A stretch of 64,000 nucleotides of DNA. It comes from the human T2T-CHM13v2.0 reference genome, Homo sapiens. The notes beneath the pieces are model-generated. The model was not told the origin of the DNA and did not search any database. It was given only the letters and a program-made list of their open reading frames with translations. Positions 62,390 through 64,000 of this stretch are shown here, one piece after another. How positions within the stretch are numbered: position 1 is the stretch's first letter; every line of letters starts with the position of its first letter. The position numbers and the translations under genes are program-made. The stretch lies in the NCBI RefSeq assembly GCF_009914755.1, contig NC_060940.1; one strand, written 5' to 3'.

Positions 62390-62829
62390 ATGTCCCACCT
62401 GTTAGCTTATTCTGGGTGTTTCTATGAGGATGTTTTTGGATGACATTAATATTTAAATGCCTGGAATGAGTATCCCAGACTGCCCTCCATTGTGTGGGTG
62501 AGCCTCATCTAGTCAGTTGAAGACCTGAATAGGAAAAACCACTGATTCTCCTCTGAGTAAGAAAGAATTCTCCTACCTGATGACCTCCTATTAAGGACCT
62601 CAGCTTTTCCTGGTTCTATAACAGGCTTCCAGCTTCTGACTTGAATTGGGATATTAGCCCTGCAGATTTTGGACTTGCCAGTCTATATAATCTCATGAAC
62701 CCATTTTTTAAAATAATCAATCAATAAATCCCCCTTTTCTCTTTCTAGATAGATAGATAGATGGATAGATATAGACAGATAGACAGATCGATCCCATCAA
62801 TATTGTTTCTCTGGAAAACCCCAGAATAG
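62390..62829 (+). mobile_element. MLT2 (ERVL) LTR with internal (GATA/GACA)n
   Basis: TTCTGGGTGTTTCTATGAGGATGTTT...CCTGCAGATTTTGGACTTGCCAG...TGTTTCTCTGGAAAACCC. Confidence 0.85.
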
Positions 62830-64000
62830 TGTCATATTTCTTTTAGGCTGAGAGTTGTCTGAGTCCTTAGAAGTTGCACACAGATGTCTTTTTAGAAAAG
62901 ACCTAGGGCAGAAATGGACAATATAAGTGATGCAATTCAGATGAATGTGTCACCAAGTTATACCTAGAGAAGCTGGTTTGCTACAGCAAAAGTTAAATTC
63001 AAATAGCTGGACTGGAGAAGCTGTGAGATGGGGCACTAGAGGCATCTGGCACATTTGCTTATAAAGAGAAGTTATGTAGAAGAGGTTAAGCAAATCACAA
63101 AAGCCCTTTCATTCTTCTGTATAAAACTGAAAAAACTAATAATTTCCTTGCCTATTTTAGTTTTATTTTCTTTTCCAAAAATTTAATTCTCAATTCTATT
63201 GAAATTTTGAGTAAAAGGTCCACTCTGGATGTCAGAATGGTTGAAATTCAGTATCATCAATGGGTGGAAAGAAAGAAAAAGCAAACAGAATATGATGTTT
63301 CTTTGTCTTTAATGACAGAATTTTTATGCAATGCATGATTTATTAAAGGAATTTGAGCTCGTTAAATCAGGACAAGAGAGAATGAAAATTCATATCCTGT
63401 TTATAATGAAGCTTTGAAAATGATGCCAATTCATCAAACAGTCACTTGATGAATATTTATTAAGAAGCTACTATACTCCAGGAATGCTACTATGTCGGAT
63501 ACATTAGTGAATTAAATAAATATACTTCCTACCCTCGTGCAGTTTGCCATCTAATGTGGGGTACAAATAACCTACCATGTGAACAGTCTGCTGGGAGACA
63601 AGAGGGTTAAGGAAAATTCTCCCGTAAAAATATCATAAGACCTTTGTTCTTAACGAATATAGGGTTTTAATAAGATTCACTTATGTGCAAAATGTCAAGT
63701 GCCAGACACATTCTCTTTTAGCTTAGATCATGGGAATATAAAGTCAACAGACACAATAGTTTAAAAAAAGGAAGGAGGAAAGGAAGAAAACAGCCTTGAA
63801 TCTTAATACCCACAGTCAATTCTCACTGGAAATTAGAATCTCTTTCCAAAAATTAATCTATCTTATGATGATTTACACAAAAAGAGGGTTTAGTGATCTC
63901 ACCTCTTACCAGTACCTCCTCTAGTGCTTCATGATAAAGGGAGGTTAGTCACTGCCTCTTCTGCTTCTATACTTGCTGACTTAACTAATTACTTCTCTGT

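Overview
Non-coding primate genomic DNA, most likely human or great ape (AluY and L1PA2-like elements present). It is intergenic or deep-intronic and dominated by transposon relics: about 27 Alu/FLAM/FRAM copies, old L1M fragments, two younger L1PA insertions, ERV1/ERVL/MaLR LTRs, MIR, L2, hAT/TcMar DNA transposons and microsatellites. I cannot support any host protein-coding exon, RNA gene or new multi-gene system. The only ORFs with recognisable proteins are L1 remnants (ORF2p pieces plus a decayed ORF1); the rest are Alu-derived or chance. Main observations: (1) an L1PA2-like insertion with both a 54-bp 3' transduction and a clean twin-priming 5' inversion inside one 14-bp TSD; (2) a ~4.9-kb LTR-less ERV internal segment lodged inside an unrelated LTR47-like LTR, with a templated fold-back junction; (3) a 110-bp non-tandem local duplication; (4) a MER41-family LTR retaining STAT motifs; (5) several unique islands with enhancer-like motif clusters, including two adjacent perfect palindromes next to a PBX-HOX site. 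Repeat family and subfamily names come from my recollection of consensus sequences and need RepeatMasker/Dfam confirmation. Boundaries of old repeats are approximate.
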